Source of the DNA: an uncultured Opitutia bacterium
GTDB lineage: Bacteria; Verrucomicrobiota; Verrucomicrobiia; Opitutales; CAJWYM01
Assembly (NCBI GenBank): GCA_913049555.1
Contig: CAJWYM010000003.1
Span: 5,797 to 69,796, forward strand
Direction of reading: 5' to 3'
Length of the DNA: 64,000 nucleotides
Notes under the pieces: model-generated
The model's database searches: none
What the model was told of the DNA's origin: nothing
Seen by the model: the letters and a program-made list of their open reading frames with translations, nothing else
Program-made: the position numbers and the translations under genes
Shown here: positions 18,898 through 29,159 of the stretch, piece by piece
Position numbering within the stretch: the first letter of the stretch is position 1
Layout: each line of letters starts with the position of its first letter

Positions 18898-20607
18898 ATG
18901 AGTGCTACCGACGAATACCTTTTACAGTTAATTGAGGACAATGGATTGGTTGATGATGACCAACTCTCCGCAGCTTCTGAGTTTGCAATCGAAGCAAATT
19001 CAGAAGAAAGCTTATCTTCATTATCCATCAAATTCCTTAAGGAACAAGGAGTGGTTGATTTTCAAGTTGTGCTGCAACTCATGGCCGAGGAGCTCAATAT
19101 GGAGCTCATTGATCTCAATCAGTTTGAAAGTTCAGACGAAGCCTTAAAGAGGCTTACTAAGGAGCAGGCATTGCAATTTAGAGCGTTACCCCTTTCTTTT
19201 AACAATGGAGAATTGTTGATAGCTGTTGCGGATCCAGTTGATTTTGATTCAATCGACAATCTGGCTCATATATTACAAGTTTCGGTGATTCAGGGGGTTG
19301 CAGATCCTACTGAAATCGATGAAAGAATCCGTTTAGACTACAATATAACCGAGGATTCTAGAATGCAGGGCTTTCTAGAAGACATGGACGATTTGGATGT
19401 AGAGGGGGTTGGAGATCTGGCCAATGCCTCTGAGGAAGATGCCCCAATAATTAAATATGTTCAGCTATTGATTTCTGAGGCCATCAAGCGAAGATCTTCA
19501 GATATTCATCTCGAGCCGATGGAAAAGGAATTTAGAGTTCGCTACCGAATTGATGGGTCTTTGCATAAAATGGAAAGTCCTCCTAAAAGATTACAACCCG
19601 CTATATTATCTCGTCTAAAGTTAATGGGAGATATCAGTATCGCTGAAAAGAGAATCCCTCAAGATGGTCGGATCAGTCTTACAGCGGGTGGCAAAGAAAT
19701 TGACCTTCGTGTATCTACATTGCCAACGGTCTATGGAGAGAGCATAGTCATGCGGATCTTAGACAAAGAATCTTTAAATTTGGGTCTTCCTCAACTGGGA
19801 TTCTTCAGTGATGATCAAACCGATTTTGAGCAGATTATACAGTCTCCGGATGGAATATTTCTGGTAACAGGCCCTACTGGTTCTGGTAAATCGACTACTT
19901 TATACACGGCTTTGAACTGTATCAATAAACCTGATAAGAAAATTATCACAGTGGAAGATCCTGTAGAGTATCAACTTTCAGGAATCAATCAAGTTTCGGT
20001 CATCAAAGAAGTTGGAATGACTTTCTCAGCGGCTCTTCGATCTATGCTTCGTCAAGCTCCTAATATTATTATGGTTGGAGAGATTCGAGACAAGGAAACG
20101 GCAGAGATTGCCGTCAATGCATCTCTCACTGGACACATGGTGTTCTCTACTTTGCATACGAATGATGCCGCAAGTGCAGTGACCCGTTTGGTGGATATCG
20201 GAGTAAAGCCTTTTTTAGTCGCAGCCGCTCTCAGAGCTGCTCTTGCCCAAAGGCTTGTCCGAAACAATTGTATGAATTGCAAAGCCCCCTACACTCCAGA
20301 AATTAAGGAAATTCAGGCTTTAGGAATCCGAGACGATCAAATTGCAGAAGCCAACTTTATGAAAGGCACCGGCTGTCCAAAATGCAATGGAAATGGATAT
20401 CGTGGACGGATTGGAGTTTTTGAGATTTTCACAGTCAATGATGAGATTGAGCAAATGATTTATGAAGGCTGTTCGATCGTTGATTTAAGGCGCAAGGCTA
20501 GGGATTTAGGAATGAGAATTATGCGAGAAGATGGAACTCGCAAAGTATTGGCGGGTGTTACCACCCCGAATGAAGTTTTAGTATCAACCGTAGCCGCTGA
20601 GGAATAA
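18898..20607 (+). CDS. GspE/PilB-family secretion ATPase (type II secretion / type IV pilus assembly), copy 1
   Basis: 569 aa. T2SSE_N-like N-terminal domain, Walker [12 protein letters not shown], Asp box EDPVEY, Walker B IMVGEIRD, His box TGHMVFSTLHTN, and a tetracysteine motif CMNC...CPKC. Confidence 0.88.
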   Translation: MSATDEYLLQLIEDNGLVDDDQLSAASEFAIEANSEESLSSLSIKFLKEQGVVDFQVVLQLMAEELNMELIDLNQFESSDEALKRLTKEQALQFRALPLSFNNGELLIAVADPVDFDSIDNLAHILQVSVIQGVADPTEIDERIRLDYNITEDSRMQGFLEDMDDLDVEGVGDLANASEEDAPIIKYVQLLISEAIKRRSSDIHLEPMEKEFRVRYRIDGSLHKMESPPKRLQPAILSRLKLMGDISIAEKRIPQDGRISLTAGGKEIDLRVSTLPTVYGESIVMRILDKESLNLGLPQLGFFSDDQTDFEQIIQSPDGIFLVTGPTGSGKSTTLYTALNCINKPDKKIITVEDPVEYQLSGINQVSVIKEVGMTFSAALRSMLRQAPNIIMVGEIRDKETAEIAVNASLTGHMVFSTLHTNDAASAVTRLVDIGVKPFLVAAALRAALAQRLVRNNCMNCKAPYTPEIKEIQALGIRDDQIAEANFMKGTGCPKCNGNGYRGRIGVFEIFTVNDEIEQMIYEGCSIVDLRRKARDLGMRIMREDGTRKVLAGVTTPNEVLVSTVAAEE

Positions 20608-20611
20608 TTAG

Positions 20612-22288
20612 ATGTTTGAAGAGCATAATTCTACAATTTTTGAAATCCTCAGTGTGGTGGATGGTCTAGACCTTGATTACATGGATTCCATGGAGGAATA
20701 TTGTCGGGAAAATTCATTGTCCTTGTCTGGAGAGTTGATTGAGGCGGGTCTTTTTGAGCATGGGGATCTTTTGCAACTAGTAGCCGATTATCTAGGGTAT
20801 GATTATCTTGAGGTGTTACCTACTGAATTTTCTAACGATCTTCTTGTCTTAATCGATGCAGAAACTGCTAGAAATTATGCGGTTATTCCCTATGCAATTC
20901 AAGATGGTGTGGTTCATTTGCTTGCTAAAGACCCATTCAACAACTCCATTATAGATGACTTGACCTTTACCTTGAATCGGGATGTTGTTTTGACTGTTTG
21001 TGATCCAAATGAGATTCAGGGACTTTTAGATCAATATTATACAGACAATGATCCCGATCCATCTGACTTATTGGCTACTTTAGGTGCTGAAATCGACAAT
21101 GGAGCCGAGGGTGACTTAGAGGATACTGCCAACGCGACGCCTATTATCCGATTTGTAAATTTAATTTTGCAGCAAGCAGTCAAAGATCAAGCTTCCGATA
21201 TACACTTTGAACCCTTTGAAGATAAATTCAGAATCAGATATCGTATAGATGGGGCTCTTTATGAGATGTCTCCACCGCCTATCAGCTTGGCAGTGCCCGT
21301 AATTTCAAGAATTAAAGTTTTGGCGGATTTGAATATCGCTGAAAACAGAATTCCTCAGGATGGAAAGATAAAACAGACGGTCAATGGTTTGCAGATCGAT
21401 CTTCGTGTCTCCACTTTACCCACCCAATTCGGGGAGAGTGTTGTTCTTAGGGTTTTGGACAAATCTTCGGTAACCTTGGATCTCGACAAACTAACCATTC
21501 CTAAGGATGTGGTTGATGGCATTCGGGGTGCGGTTAGAAAACCCAACGGGATTTTCATTGTTACGGGTCCAACGGGGAGCGGAAAAACCACTACCTTGTA
21601 CGCTGCATTGAGAGAGGTAAATACAATTGATGAAAAGATTTTAACTGCTGAAGATCCTGTTGAGTACGAAATTGAGGGACTCATGCAGGTGCCTATCAAT
21701 CACGAGGTGGGTTTAGATTTCGGGAAAGCACTTCGAGCATTTTTACGACAAGATCCAGACAAAATAATGGTTGGAGAAATTCGGGATTTAGAAACGGCAC
21801 AAATTGCAGTGCAAGCCTCTTTGACCGGGCACGTAGTGCTGAGCACTCTTCATACGAATGATGCTGCTGGAGCGGTTACTCGATTGGTGGATATGGGACT
21901 GGAGCCTTTCTTAATTTCTTCTTCATTAGAAGTGGTTTTAGCTCAGCGATTGGTTCGTCGAATTTGTTCTGGATGTAAAACCGCTTATGAACCCGATGGA
22001 GAGATTCTATCAACGCTCAATTTAGATCCATTAGAGATTGCGAATAATAGTTTTTACTATGGAAAAGGTTGTGAGAAGTGTAGCTCCTCTGGATATAAAG
22101 GCCGAGTTGGCTTATTTGAAATGATCAAAGTGAATGATGCGATTCGTGAATTAATCAACGAGAGAGCACCCACTTTAGTGATTAAAGAAAAAGCATTGCA
22201 ACAAGGAATGCGGAGCTTAAGAGAAGATGGGGTTCGGGCGATTTTTGATGGTAATAGTACGATCGAAGAGGTACTCAAATATACTTAA
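20612..22288 (+). CDS. GspE/PilB-family secretion ATPase, copy 2
   Basis: 558 aa with the same motif set ([42 protein letters not shown]...CEKC). It starts 4 nt after copy 1 ends. Confidence 0.88.
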   Translation: MFEEHNSTIFEILSVVDGLDLDYMDSMEEYCRENSLSLSGELIEAGLFEHGDLLQLVADYLGYDYLEVLPTEFSNDLLVLIDAETARNYAVIPYAIQDGVVHLLAKDPFNNSIIDDLTFTLNRDVVLTVCDPNEIQGLLDQYYTDNDPDPSDLLATLGAEIDNGAEGDLEDTANATPIIRFVNLILQQAVKDQASDIHFEPFEDKFRIRYRIDGALYEMSPPPISLAVPVISRIKVLADLNIAENRIPQDGKIKQTVNGLQIDLRVSTLPTQFGESVVLRVLDKSSVTLDLDKLTIPKDVVDGIRGAVRKPNGIFIVTGPTGSGKTTTLYAALREVNTIDEKILTAEDPVEYEIEGLMQVPINHEVGLDFGKALRAFLRQDPDKIMVGEIRDLETAQIAVQASLTGHVVLSTLHTNDAAGAVTRLVDMGLEPFLISSSLEVVLAQRLVRRICSGCKTAYEPDGEILSTLNLDPLEIANNSFYYGKGCEKCSSSGYKGRVGLFEMIKVNDAIRELINERAPTLVIKEKALQQGMRSLREDGVRAIFDGNSTIEEVLKYT

Positions 22289-22370
22289 TTATTAAATCAT
22301 TTTGACAATCGATCGATAATCACTAAATATGAATTTTTAGACTTTTTGCTTATTTTAAACAACCCAATCT

Positions 22371-23606
22371 ATGCCCAATTTTCAATACAAAGCGATCGAT
22401 CAGCAAGGACGTGAAAAATCAGGCTCTTTAGATGCCAATCAAAAAGAGGATGCGATCGATAACATCCTGCAATTGGGTTTAATGCCAACCTCTGTCAAGG
22501 GAGAAAAAGGAGCTAAAACAAAGAAAAAGAAAGGCAAAAAAAAGGGGGGTTTTTCTTTTGGTTCACCAATCAAGCATGAAGCCCTTACCACCTTTACTCG
22601 TCAATTGGCAACCCTTCTTCAAGCAGGTCTTCCACTTCTACGTAGCTTAGAGGTCATGGCTAGGCAAGAGCGCAACCCGGCTTTTAAAGAAATTCTTACG
22701 ACCATCTCCGATGGAGTGAAGTCAGGCACTAGTTTTTCAGATTCTTTAGCACAATATCCCAAAATTTTTGATCGTTTATACATAAATATGATCAAAGCAG
22801 GGGAAGCGGGTGGAGTCTTGGACACAGTCCTATCTCGTCTTGCTTCTTTCATGGAGAAATCCGTCAAAACAAAAAAGAAAATTCAGTCCGCAATGATCTA
22901 TCCTGCGGTCGTGTTGACCGTTGCGGTTTTGATTGTGGTTCTTTTGATGATTGTGGTTGTTCCAAAGTTTCAAGGTATCTTTCAAGATATGTTGAAGGGA
23001 GCTCCTTTGCCTTTGCCCACTCAAATTGTGATCAATATCAGTGACTTTATTACGAATAACTTCCTTCTTTTTGTCGGTTCGTTGGCTTTGATTGTATTCG
23101 GTTTTATAATCTTTAAGAGGACTGCTTTTGGGAATAAGTTATTACACAAGTTTGCAATTTCTATCCCAAAGCTCGGAGATCTCAATCGGATGGGTAACAT
23201 TTCCAGATTCTCCCGTACTTTTGGAACTCTTCTAAGCAGTGGTGTTCCTATACTACAAGCATTGACGATTACTCGTGAAATATTGAGTAATTTATTCTAT
23301 GTCAAGGCGGTTGGAAATATTCATGACGGGGTCAGGGATGGGGAAGCTCTTGCGGTTCCCATGGAGAGAGAAAGTGTTTTTCCAACGATGGTTACCAGTA
23401 TGATTGAAATTGGTGAAGAAACCGGTCAATTGTCTGAAATGTTGAATCGTGTCGCTGACAATTATGATGAAGATGTTGACAACGCGGTTGCTGGTCTCAC
23501 TTCGGTTATTGAACCGATTATGATTGTATTTCTTGCGGTCGTTGTAGGTTTTATTGTCATTGCTTTGTTTTTGCCGATTGTAGGGATTATCGAAAATCTT
23601 TCTTAG
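22371..23606 (+). CDS. GspF/PilC-family inner-membrane platform protein
   Basis: 411 aa with two T2SSF repeats ([21 protein letters not shown]; [21 protein letters not shown]) and 3 TM regions. A poly-Lys insertion sits near the N-terminus. Confidence 0.88.
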   Translation: MPNFQYKAIDQQGREKSGSLDANQKEDAIDNILQLGLMPTSVKGEKGAKTKKKKGKKKGGFSFGSPIKHEALTTFTRQLATLLQAGLPLLRSLEVMARQERNPAFKEILTTISDGVKSGTSFSDSLAQYPKIFDRLYINMIKAGEAGGVLDTVLSRLASFMEKSVKTKKKIQSAMIYPAVVLTVAVLIVVLLMIVVVPKFQGIFQDMLKGAPLPLPTQIVINISDFITNNFLLFVGSLALIVFGFIIFKRTAFGNKLLHKFAISIPKLGDLNRMGNISRFSRTFGTLLSSGVPILQALTITREILSNLFYVKAVGNIHDGVRDGEALAVPMERESVFPTMVTSMIEIGEETGQLSEMLNRVADNYDEDVDNAVAGLTSVIEPIMIVFLAVVVGFIVIALFLPIVGIIENLS

Positions 23607-23846
23607 TAGGAATTGTAGGATTTTTTGATTTATTATTTGATACCGGAGGATCGTTGGGTCTTGGTTGAGATCTTCTCTTACAATTCTGTTGCAAACGAAA
23701 TCATTTCTTAGAACAGCATCCCTATTTCATTAAGAATCTAGCAGCGTGAATGATTTTCAATCCTTTGTCCCCTAAGGGTTTCTTACAACTCCCTTTTGCA
23801 CTGAATCTTGCTATTCCTTCATGAAGCATGCTAAGCTTGTATTAGA

Positions 23847-25340
23847 ATGATTGCAGAATTAGAAAATGAAATTTTAATGGCCAGAAAACGGATTTATTCC
23901 CTCTCTGGATCGACCCCATTGCAGCAAATCGAATCCAAGGGTTCTAGTCTGTTTGTGAAACGGGAGGATTTAAGTCCAATTCATGCTTACAAATGGCGAG
24001 GTGCATTCAATCGGATGTCGGTATTGAATCAAAAGGAATTGAAAAATGGGGTCGTGACTGCTTCTGCTGGAAATCATGCGCAAGGGGTGGCTCTTTCTGC
24101 TGCAAAGTTAGGAACGCATGCTAAGATATTTATGCCTCTATCCACTCCAGTGATGAAACAGAATTCAGTTCGAAGAATTGGGGGAGATCATGTAGAAGTG
24201 ATTTTGACTGGAGATACTTACGATGCCGCTTCTTTCGCTGCTAATAAATACGCTGAAAAAGGATATACCTTCATTCACCCTTATGACCATATTTTGACGA
24301 TTGGGGGTCAAGGAACGATTGCAGATGAAATTGTAATGTCTGGAGAGGGTCCTTTTGATGCAGCATTTCTTCAAATTGGTGGGGGTGGGATGGCTTCCGG
24401 GGTTGCCTGTTGGTTGAGGAAATATTACCCAAATATTCAAATCTTTGGTGTTGAGGGAATCCAGCAAGCAGGAATGACAGCCGCTTTTAAAAATGGAGGT
24501 CCTATCACTCTGGATTATGTCGATGTTTTTTGTGATGGGACTGCTGTAAAACGAGTCGGAGACCTTACATATAAATATTGCAATGAATTTATCGACGAGA
24601 TGGTATCAGTAGATAACCGTGAGGTGTGTTCTGGGATTCAATTTTTATGGGAAAATCTAAGGTGTATTCCAGAACCCGCAGGTGCATTGGGAGTCGCTGC
24701 GGCATTAAAATTAAAAGATCGTTTGCACGGAAAAAAGGTAATCACTATCGTTTGCGGAGCAAACATGGACTTTGGACAACTAGGAGTTCTGTCCAAAGGA
24801 ATTTTGGGACGCCAGTATTACCGTCTTAAAATCAAAGAAGGCATTGGGACTTTGTCAGAACTTCTATCGAATTTTTTTGGTTCTGTAAACATCACTGAAT
24901 TTCAATTTGGGAAAAAAGATCTGGATGTAGCTTGGCCAGTAATTGGCGTGGATGGCAATAACCAGGAAATAGAATCTTTGGAATTGTCACTTCGTTCAGC
25001 GTCCATTGAATACGAAAATGTTACCGGTTCTGAAGATGTGGATTTCGGCATTATACCGTTTCATTCCAAGCTCATAAAGGTTCCCTATTTTATTAAATTA
25101 GAATTTTATGAAAGATTGGGGGCACTGATTGAGTTTTTGAATGAGATTTTGAATATATCTGCCAATATCTGTTATTTTAAATACTCATTTACAGGGGAGC
25201 GAGTTGGAAGGGCTTTGATCGGGTTTGATTTTGATTCGGAGTCTAAAAAGCTTCAATTTGAAAAAGCGTTGCGGAGTCATAATTCAGGATATCGTTCTTT
25301 TGTTGAAGTCAAGGAGTCCTTTTACAATCGTATTTCTTAA
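23847..25340 (+). CDS. ilvA: Threonine ammonia-lyase (biosynthetic threonine dehydratase)
   Basis: 497 aa. PLP-enzyme motifs EDLSPIHAYKWRGA (PLP Lys) and ASAGNHAQGVA, a GGGGM loop, and C-terminal regulatory (ACT-like) repeats. Confidence 0.85.
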   Translation: MIAELENEILMARKRIYSLSGSTPLQQIESKGSSLFVKREDLSPIHAYKWRGAFNRMSVLNQKELKNGVVTASAGNHAQGVALSAAKLGTHAKIFMPLSTPVMKQNSVRRIGGDHVEVILTGDTYDAASFAANKYAEKGYTFIHPYDHILTIGGQGTIADEIVMSGEGPFDAAFLQIGGGGMASGVACWLRKYYPNIQIFGVEGIQQAGMTAAFKNGGPITLDYVDVFCDGTAVKRVGDLTYKYCNEFIDEMVSVDNREVCSGIQFLWENLRCIPEPAGALGVAAALKLKDRLHGKKVITIVCGANMDFGQLGVLSKGILGRQYYRLKIKEGIGTLSELLSNFFGSVNITEFQFGKKDLDVAWPVIGVDGNNQEIESLELSLRSASIEYENVTGSEDVDFGIIPFHSKLIKVPYFIKLEFYERLGALIEFLNEILNISANICYFKYSFTGERVGRALIGFDFDSESKKLQFEKALRSHNSGYRSFVEVKESFYNRIS

Positions 25341-25939
25341 TGTGGTATTTTTCTAATAAAGAGGAGGCTAAAAAAAAGGAAGAGCAGGAGCGTTCTTTAT
25401 TGGCAATCTCTCAATTTAGAGCGTACTTAGAGAAATTCAACAAAGTCTACGGAACTTATTTGGATCCTACGATCGAGCAAAATCAAATTGCTTACTATTT
25501 ATTTGTTTTGGGGGGGCTTGATTTTTCTATCAAATCTCTCAATGTTCGCTATGAGATTTTTTTAGATCGATTGTATGAACTTTTCAGTGAATTCGGATTG
25601 AGTGAAATTACAACGGAGATTTTTATAGAATTTCATATCAATACTGAATGTTGTTCTGTTGCGGAAAGTGTTTATTTTGAGGGTAGAAATCAATATTGTT
25701 TGTGGTCTCAGTTAAAAGACAAAAAGATTTACGATTGGAAAAAAGGGTTCATCAATGAATCTGTCCAAGAGGAGTCCTTTCCAAAAAGCATCCAAGCATT
25801 TTATGTAATGGTAAATAAAACGGATACAAAAGCCGATTATATGCAAATTCAGAATCCTGAACTTTCTAGTCCAAATGCAAAAAACTTTGAATTGCCTTTC
25901 GACGCAATTATTGAAGATGTGGAGCTCGAAGATTTATGA
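25340..25939 (+). CDS. Hypothetical protein
   Basis: 199-aa ORF whose start overlaps the ilvA stop (TAATG). No motif recognised. Confidence 0.45.
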   Translation: MWYFSNKEEAKKKEEQERSLLAISQFRAYLEKFNKVYGTYLDPTIEQNQIAYYLFVLGGLDFSIKSLNVRYEIFLDRLYELFSEFGLSEITTEIFIEFHINTECCSVAESVYFEGRNQYCLWSQLKDKKIYDWKKGFINESVQEESFPKSIQAFYVMVNKTDTKADYMQIQNPELSSPNAKNFELPFDAIIEDVELEDL

Positions 25940-25993
25940 CTGCATTTGTCTATAGTTTGACTCTTCAAACCCTCTTTTTGATAATAGAAAACC

Positions 25994-26515
25994 ATGGTTG
26001 TGAATGAATTTAAAAAAAACCTTTATTTAATTGGTTTTATGGGAACTGGAAAGTCTACTGTTGGTAGAAAAGTTGCCGAAAAACTAGGCTATTTTTTTAT
26101 AGATATAGATCAGTCCATTGAAAAGCTCGCAGAAAAATCAATTCCCTCGATTTTTAATGAGGAGGGCGAGGCTCATTTTCGTCAATTAGAGTTTGATTTT
26201 GTTATGTCAGGACACCCCGAAGCGGGCTGTGTAATTTCTTGTGGTGGAGGTTTGGCTTGCCAAACCGGAATGATAGATCTTTTAAAAAGAAAAGGGATGG
26301 TCGTTTGTCTTTGGGCCAGCATTGAGACAATTCTTGAGAGAACATCGGGGAGCCAATCTCGCCCTCTTTTAAATTCTGAATATTCTGATGAAAAAGTCAG
26401 AAAGCTTTTGGCGGATAGAACTCCTTATTACAACCAAGCGCATGCTAGTTTAACCACTGAGTTTAGAACCGTTCAAGAGGTCGTTCAACACATTGTCCGC
26501 ATTTATAATTCCTAG
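25994..26515 (+). CDS. aroK: Shikimate kinase
   Basis: 173 aa with LIGFMGTGKSTVGR P-loop, FIDIDQ, FRQLE and GGG motifs typical of AroK. Confidence 0.85.
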   Translation: MVVNEFKKNLYLIGFMGTGKSTVGRKVAEKLGYFFIDIDQSIEKLAEKSIPSIFNEEGEAHFRQLEFDFVMSGHPEAGCVISCGGGLACQTGMIDLLKRKGMVVCLWASIETILERTSGSQSRPLLNSEYSDEKVRKLLADRTPYYNQAHASLTTEFRTVQEVVQHIVRIYNS

Positions 26516-26518
26516 AGC

Positions 26519-27460
26519 ATGCCCCATCGTTGTTTAGTGGTTAAGCCTTCTTCTTTTGGAGATATTATTCATGGTCTGCAAGTGATCCAGTCTTTGAAAC
26601 AAGATCTAAAAGAAGAAATTCAAATTACTTGGATTGTTCGCGATTTATTTGCCCCTTTTGTGCATTGTTGTACCACTGTGGATGAGATCCTTGTTTTCAA
26701 TCGAGGAGAGGGTTTGAGAGGAATGATTCGATTGTTGAGTAAAATCCGGAGGGGTTCTTATGATTCTGTGATTGATTTACAAGGATTGCTTCGGAGTGGA
26801 ATTATGACGGCTGCTGCAAAATCTTCGAGAAAGATTGGTAGAACTGATTCTCGCGAGGGGGCTTCTTTTTTTTACAACGAAAAAATCATTCCGTGTTCCA
26901 GAGTAGAATCCCATGCAATAGAGAAGTTGATAAATATAAAGTTCTGTTTTGGCTTAAAAAATCAATTGAGCTCAAAGCTTGAGTTTAAAAAAGTCGATCT
27001 TTGTGGTTTTCCCGATTTAAAAAATAAAAAGATCATTGTTATTTATCCAGAAAGTAGAAGGAAGGAGAAGGAATGGAATCAATTCATTCCCCTAACCATC
27101 GATTTATTAAAGAAAAACTATTTTGTTGTTTGGGCAGGAGTAAATAAGAAGGAGTTTCCCGAGCAGCACGCTTCTTTTTTAAATTTAACAAATGCCTTGT
27201 CGATTGACCAATTGCCCACTTTAATGAACCAATCAGACTTAGTGATTGCAAATGATAGTGGACCCATGCATTTGGCTGCTGCAATGAACCTCAGTGTTTT
27301 GTCATTGTTTGGCCCCACTGACCCAAAGATGTATGGGCCTTATCCGATCGAATCCAAACGAAATCATGTGATACAGTCCCCAAGTAATTGCATGAAGGAT
27401 ATCCGATTGGAGGAAGTCTTTCTCAAAGTGACTCAAATATTGAGTTCCTCACCCTTTTGA
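26519..27460 (+). CDS. Glycosyltransferase family 9 (LPS heptosyltransferase-like)
   Basis: 313 aa. N-terminal LVVKPSSFGDIIHGLQVIQSLK and C-terminal NDSGPMHLAAAMN..LFGPTDP are GT9 hallmarks. Confidence 0.7.
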   Translation: MPHRCLVVKPSSFGDIIHGLQVIQSLKQDLKEEIQITWIVRDLFAPFVHCCTTVDEILVFNRGEGLRGMIRLLSKIRRGSYDSVIDLQGLLRSGIMTAAAKSSRKIGRTDSREGASFFYNEKIIPCSRVESHAIEKLINIKFCFGLKNQLSSKLEFKKVDLCGFPDLKNKKIIVIYPESRRKEKEWNQFIPLTIDLLKKNYFVVWAGVNKKEFPEQHASFLNLTNALSIDQLPTLMNQSDLVIANDSGPMHLAAAMNLSVLSLFGPTDPKMYGPYPIESKRNHVIQSPSNCMKDIRLEEVFLKVTQILSSSPF

Positions 27461-27528
27461 ATCGAACTCGGATTTATAAACCAAGTCCTAAAGAAGAAGC
27501 TTTTTCTAAATGGGATTCGATCTAAGAT

Positions 27529-29103
27529 TTATTTTTTGAACTGTTTACTTTGCGTGAATTCGATATGATCTTTACTAAGAGCGACCAACTCTTGTTTGAT
27601 CTCTTTGTATTCGATAGAATCAACTAGGTTTTTCTGCTCCAGAGGATCTTTGCTGTAGTCATAGAGCTCGACAAAAGCGGGTTCTGATTTGAATCTTAAA
27701 CCATGATATTCATTTGTGGATTTCCCTTTGTGCCAGCTTATATATCGATGGTTATCGGTTCGTATTGCGATTCCCCAATAACCGGAATGTGGATAAATAC
27801 TAGCGGCGAATTTTTGAACGGAATCTGACTGACCGTCTAAAATGGGTTTCAAGCTCTTTCCATCTAGACCCTCAAGAGATTCCAGTGAGCAAAGATCATT
27901 CAAGGTAGGAAAAATATCTATGAGGTTGACTGGAGAAGTATTTTTGGATCCTGGATCCGCGCTGGCGTTAGAGACTATCAATGGAGATCTTGTGGATTCC
28001 TCGTAATTTGTATGTTTCCCCCAAATTTCTTTGTCACCAAGGTGGAAACCATGATCTCCCCAAAGAACAATAATAGTCTCTTTGTAGAGTTTTTCATCTT
28101 TCAATTTTTGGATGATTTTACCTACTTGTGCATCGACATAACTCACACAGGCTAAGTAGCCATGAATCAATTCTTTTTGAATACTTGAAGAGATTTTTCC
28201 CTTTTCAGGAACTCCTCCATAAGTCCTTGCTTCAATATAATCGGTTTGAGCACAAGAGGGGGCTCCCTTAGGATAGTTTTGAAAAGGGGCCAATTTAATT
28301 TCATCTCGATCGTAAAGATCCCAGTATTTTTTAGGAGCTACAAAGGGTAGATGGGGCTTCGTGAAACCAACTGCGAGGAAAAATGGATTAGAATTCTCCG
28401 CCAAAGTTTCGATTTGCTCCAAGGCTCTTTCAGTAGTGGCACCGTCTTTGTAGGCATCATCGGGAACCGTATAGGATTCCACAGCAGGACCAGCTCCATT
28501 GGCTCGGACATACTCCCTGAGTTGTTTTCCTTTAAGTCCCTTAGATTTTGCTTCGTTTTTGAGTTTGTTTGTCAGAGAAATCAATTTTGGATCGTGGTAA
28601 TGACCATCAATCTTGGGAGCACCTACTTTAGAGTTGTAAGGATTTTTACCGAAAAAACGAGTCCACGAAATTTTGTCTTGTGGGCCATGCCAGTCCCCTT
28701 CAACGTTTCTAGGATCAAAGATTTTTCCAGTTCCGACTGTTGTATATCCATTGTTTTTAAAATATTGAGGGAGGGTCAGAATGTCTGGATGCTTGGGCCT
28801 TAATTTGTATTTATCGGATCCCATACCATAGATACCGATCGTGTCTGGGTAATAGCCAGTCAACAGACTTACCCTAGATGGGCCACAAACCGCTTGTTGA
28901 CAGTGAGCATTTAAGAAAGTGGTTCCATCTTCAGCAAGAGAATCAATGTGGGGCGATAGAACTTCGGTGTGACCGTAACAATTTAGCAACGGTTTCAAGT
29001 CATCGATTGCAATAAATAGCACATTTTTTTGTTTAGCGATTCCTTGAAAGCTAAAGATTAAGAGGGCTATCCAAGGAAAAATTTTAGTGAATAAATGAAT
29101 CAT
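27529..29103 (-). CDS. Cys-type (formylglycine) sulfatase, iduronate-2-sulfatase-like
   Basis: Signal peptide from the ATG at 29103 (the track start at 29145 is a TTG). Sulfatase signature CGPSRVSLLTG, plus VLFIAIDDL and LWGDHGFHLG. Confidence 0.85.
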   Translation of the reverse strand: MIHLFTKIFPWIALLIFSFQGIAKQKNVLFIAIDDLKPLLNCYGHTEVLSPHIDSLAEDGTTFLNAHCQQAVCGPSRVSLLTGYYPDTIGIYGMGSDKYKLRPKHPDILTLPQYFKNNGYTTVGTGKIFDPRNVEGDWHGPQDKISWTRFFGKNPYNSKVGAPKIDGHYHDPKLISLTNKLKNEAKSKGLKGKQLREYVRANGAGPAVESYTVPDDAYKDGATTERALEQIETLAENSNPFFLAVGFTKPHLPFVAPKKYWDLYDRDEIKLAPFQNYPKGAPSCAQTDYIEARTYGGVPEKGKISSSIQKELIHGYLACVSYVDAQVGKIIQKLKDEKLYKETIIVLWGDHGFHLGDKEIWGKHTNYEESTRSPLIVSNASADPGSKNTSPVNLIDIFPTLNDLCSLESLEGLDGKSLKPILDGQSDSVQKFAASIYPHSGYWGIAIRTDNHRYISWHKGKSTNEYHGLRFKSEPAFVELYDYSKDPLEQKNLVDSIEYKEIKQELVALSKDHIEFTQSKQFKK

Positions 29104-29159
29104 AGTGCCATCTTTGTAATCAATTTTAGGGACTGGTGTTTGCAATGAAGGTCAGCTTA

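Noticed and set aside
18898-19300. N-terminal domains of the GspE-like ATPases as MshEN-type c-di-GMP receptors
   Set aside because: The general T2SSE_N helical pattern is present (LLQLIEDNGLVDDDQL), but the conserved RLG...GLI...L...Q tandem motifs are incomplete. Binding cannot be claimed from sequence inspection.
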